DNA of 64,000 nucleotides from Corallococcus sp. AB038B (GTDB lineage Bacteria; Myxococcota; Myxococcia; Myxococcales; Myxococcaceae): NCBI RefSeq assembly GCF_003668955.1, contig NZ_RAWO01000002.1, positions 279,605 to 343,604 of the forward strand, read 5' to 3'. Shown piece by piece: positions 62,639 to 64,000 of this stretch (position 1 is its first letter; each line of letters starts with the position of its first letter). The notes under the pieces were generated by a model. It saw only the letters and a program-made list of their open reading frames with translations, ran no database searches and was not told where the DNA came from. The position numbers and the translations under genes were made by a program.

Positions 62639-64000
62639 GCGCACGGGTCCTGACACTGCCGCTGGAGGCGTCGCTCGCGGAGGCACAGGCCGCGTTGGAG
62701 ACCACTCCGCCGGGCGAGGTGGAGTGGGTGCTGCCCGTGGGCGAGGGCGTGCTCACCACGAACTTCGTCATCGGCACGCCCGCGCACGCGCTGCGGCTCA
62801 CGGGCGGTCCGGGCGTGACGCTGAAGCTCGACGGCGGGACGCTCGAAGTCACGGGGCTCGTCACCGGATTGTCGGGCGTGACGGTGGTGGCTGTGGACGC
62901 CGGGCTGGTCCTCCTGGGGGCGCGGGTGGAGGTGTCGGACGTCACGGTGAGCGCCACGGCGTCCGGGGATTGCGCGGCGCTGAGCGTGGAGACGCCGGAC
63001 GGCGAGGTGGCCATCGACTCGCTCACGGTGACGCAGGCGAGGGGCGAGGTGGCGACAGGGCTCCGGTTGCTGGCGACGGAGGCCCGCGTCACGGGGCTGT
63101 CCGTGGACGGCGTGAGGGCCACGGTGGGGGATGCCTTCGGCGTGCGCGCGGTCTGCCAACGTTCGCAGTGGGCGGACGTGGCGGTGCGCAACGTCATGGG
63201 CATGGAGACGGGCGTGGGCCTGGAGCTTGCGGGCTTCACCCGAGCGGACCTGTCCGGGCTCACGGTGTCGCAGGTCTCCGGGCCGAACGCGACCGGAGCG
63301 CGGGTGCTGGTGGCTCGGGAGGAGGGCGAGGGCCTGTCCATGGTGGACGTGTCCGTGAGCGAGGTGGATGCGTTCGGGGTGCAGTGGAGCATCGGGCTCT
63401 TGGTGGCCTCGGCGGGCGTGCTCCAGGTGCGTGGCTTCACCGTGCAGCGGGTACAGGGCGGGTTCCCGATGGGCGTGCTCGCATTGGGTGGGCGGAGCAT
63501 CGAAGTGGCCATGGGCCAGGTGGAGGATGTCTCCGCCGGAACACGCGCCACGGGCATGCGGGTGCTGGGGGGACCCTCGCTGGAGCCGGTGGTGGTTCGT
63601 GACGTGGAGGTGAGCCGTGTGTCAGCGGCGCCTGTTCCGGTGTCCGCGCAGCCCGAGGCGTCCTGGTCGGACTGGCTCATCGCCGCGTTGGATGCACTGT
63701 CTGCTTCGGTCGTGGGGCCGCTGACGCTGCCTGCGTTTCCCACCGATGCGGACGTCGTGGGCCTGCACGTGGCCGCGCCGCTGGGTGGCCTGGAGCCGGT
63801 GCTGGACGTGGGCACGCCGGGGGAGATCGCCGTCGAGGACTGCTCCCTCTTCGTCATCACCGGCACCGCGTTGCAACTGGAGGGCGGACTGCGCACGGCG
63901 CTGGTGCGACGCACCGAGGCCTGGACGTCGGTGCACGCGGGCTGGCTCCAGGCGGAACAGCTGTTGCTCGCGCAGCTCACCTGGCACCGGCATGCGCATG
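62635..64000 (+). CDS. Hypothetical Val/Gly-rich beta-helix-like protein (partial, continues past the window end)
   Basis: GTG start overlapping the gp25 stop. Repetitive V/G/S/T-rich strands (GLSVDGVRATVGDAFGVRAV, GFTVQRVQGGFPMGVLALGG). Confidence 0.4.
   Translation, partial: MSARVLTLPLEASLAEAQAALETTPPGEVEWVLPVGEGVLTTNFVIGTPAHALRLTGGPGVTLKLDGGTLEVTGLVTGLSGVTVVAVDAGLVLLGARVEVSDVTVSATASGDCAALSVETPDGEVAIDSLTVTQARGEVATGLRLLATEARVTGLSVDGVRATVGDAFGVRAVCQRSQWADVAVRNVMGMETGVGLELAGFTRADLSGLTVSQVSGPNATGARVLVAREEGEGLSMVDVSVSEVDAFGVQWSIGLLVASAGVLQVRGFTVQRVQGGFPMGVLALGGRSIEVAMGQVEDVSAGTRATGMRVLGGPSLEPVVVRDVEVSRVSAAPVPVSAQPEASWSDWLIAALDALSASVVGPLTLPAFPTDADVVGLHVAAPLGGLEPVLDVGTPGEIAVEDCSLFVITGTALQLEGGLRTALVRRTEAWTSVHAGWLQAEQLLLAQLTWHRHAH

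Larger units (their letters stand above)
53580..64000 (+). other. Phage-tail-like contractile injection system locus (eCIS/PVC-Afp-like), truncated by the window end
   Basis: Co-directional, tightly coupled genes: unknown, sheath, tube, tube, unknown, unknown, tube-like, LysM gpX-like, gpD-like hub, gp25/W, beta-helix. No capsid or terminase genes lie upstream. Confidence 0.65.

Overview
High-GC (~68-70%) myxobacterial chromosome segment; the organism assignment rests on the MYXO-CTERM sorting signal on a giant protein. Positions 1-19.1 kb hold housekeeping and envelope genes: typA/bipA, an alpha/beta hydrolase GTGA-coupled to a sigma-54 activator, a CDF metal exporter, rsmD-coaD, an aminotransferase, two lipoproteins with Cna-B/CarbopepD_reg repeats, carB and a rhomboid. 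Positions 19.3-20.0 kb hold a pentapeptide-repeat lipoprotein. Positions 20.06-30.6 kb are a lower-GC (~55-60%) block of four co-directional, tightly coupled genes. These are a 1952-aa MYXO-CTERM lipoprotein built of ASH/choice-of-anchor-D-like repeats, a LysM + class-3 lipase fusion, an unknown gene, and a GHSHG alpha/beta hydrolase. The block is joined 9 nt downstream of a tssJ-like lipoprotein gene. Positions 30.6-47.5 kb are a type VI secretion system locus in two divergent operons: tssK, a beta-helix 'needle' ORF, tssL, a small ORF, tssM and tssJ on the minus strand, and tssB, tssC, a convergent paralog pair, a tssA-like gene, tssG, tssE, a short vgrG and tssF on the plus strand. I see no ClpV in this window. 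Positions 47.1-50.2 kb hold a convergent three-gene operon: an outer-membrane-like protein, a degenerate ANL (adenylate-forming fold) protein and a stand-alone PAAR-like (DUF4280) protein. Positions 50.4-53.3 kb hold a four-PAS histidine kinase and a DUF1622 membrane protein. Positions 53.6-64.0 kb begin a second contractile injection system of the phage-tail/eCIS type: an unknown 652-aa protein, sheath, two tube proteins, a Cys-pair protein, a LysM gpX-like protein, a gpD-like hub, gp25/W and a beta-helix protein that runs off the window. Most interesting are the low-GC lipase/giant-adhesin module fused to the T6SS operon, the apparently split VgrG, the paralog pair after tssC, the PAAR-ANL operon, and two contractile injection systems within 25 kb. 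Every family assignment is from motifs read in the ORF translations; no database searches were run.
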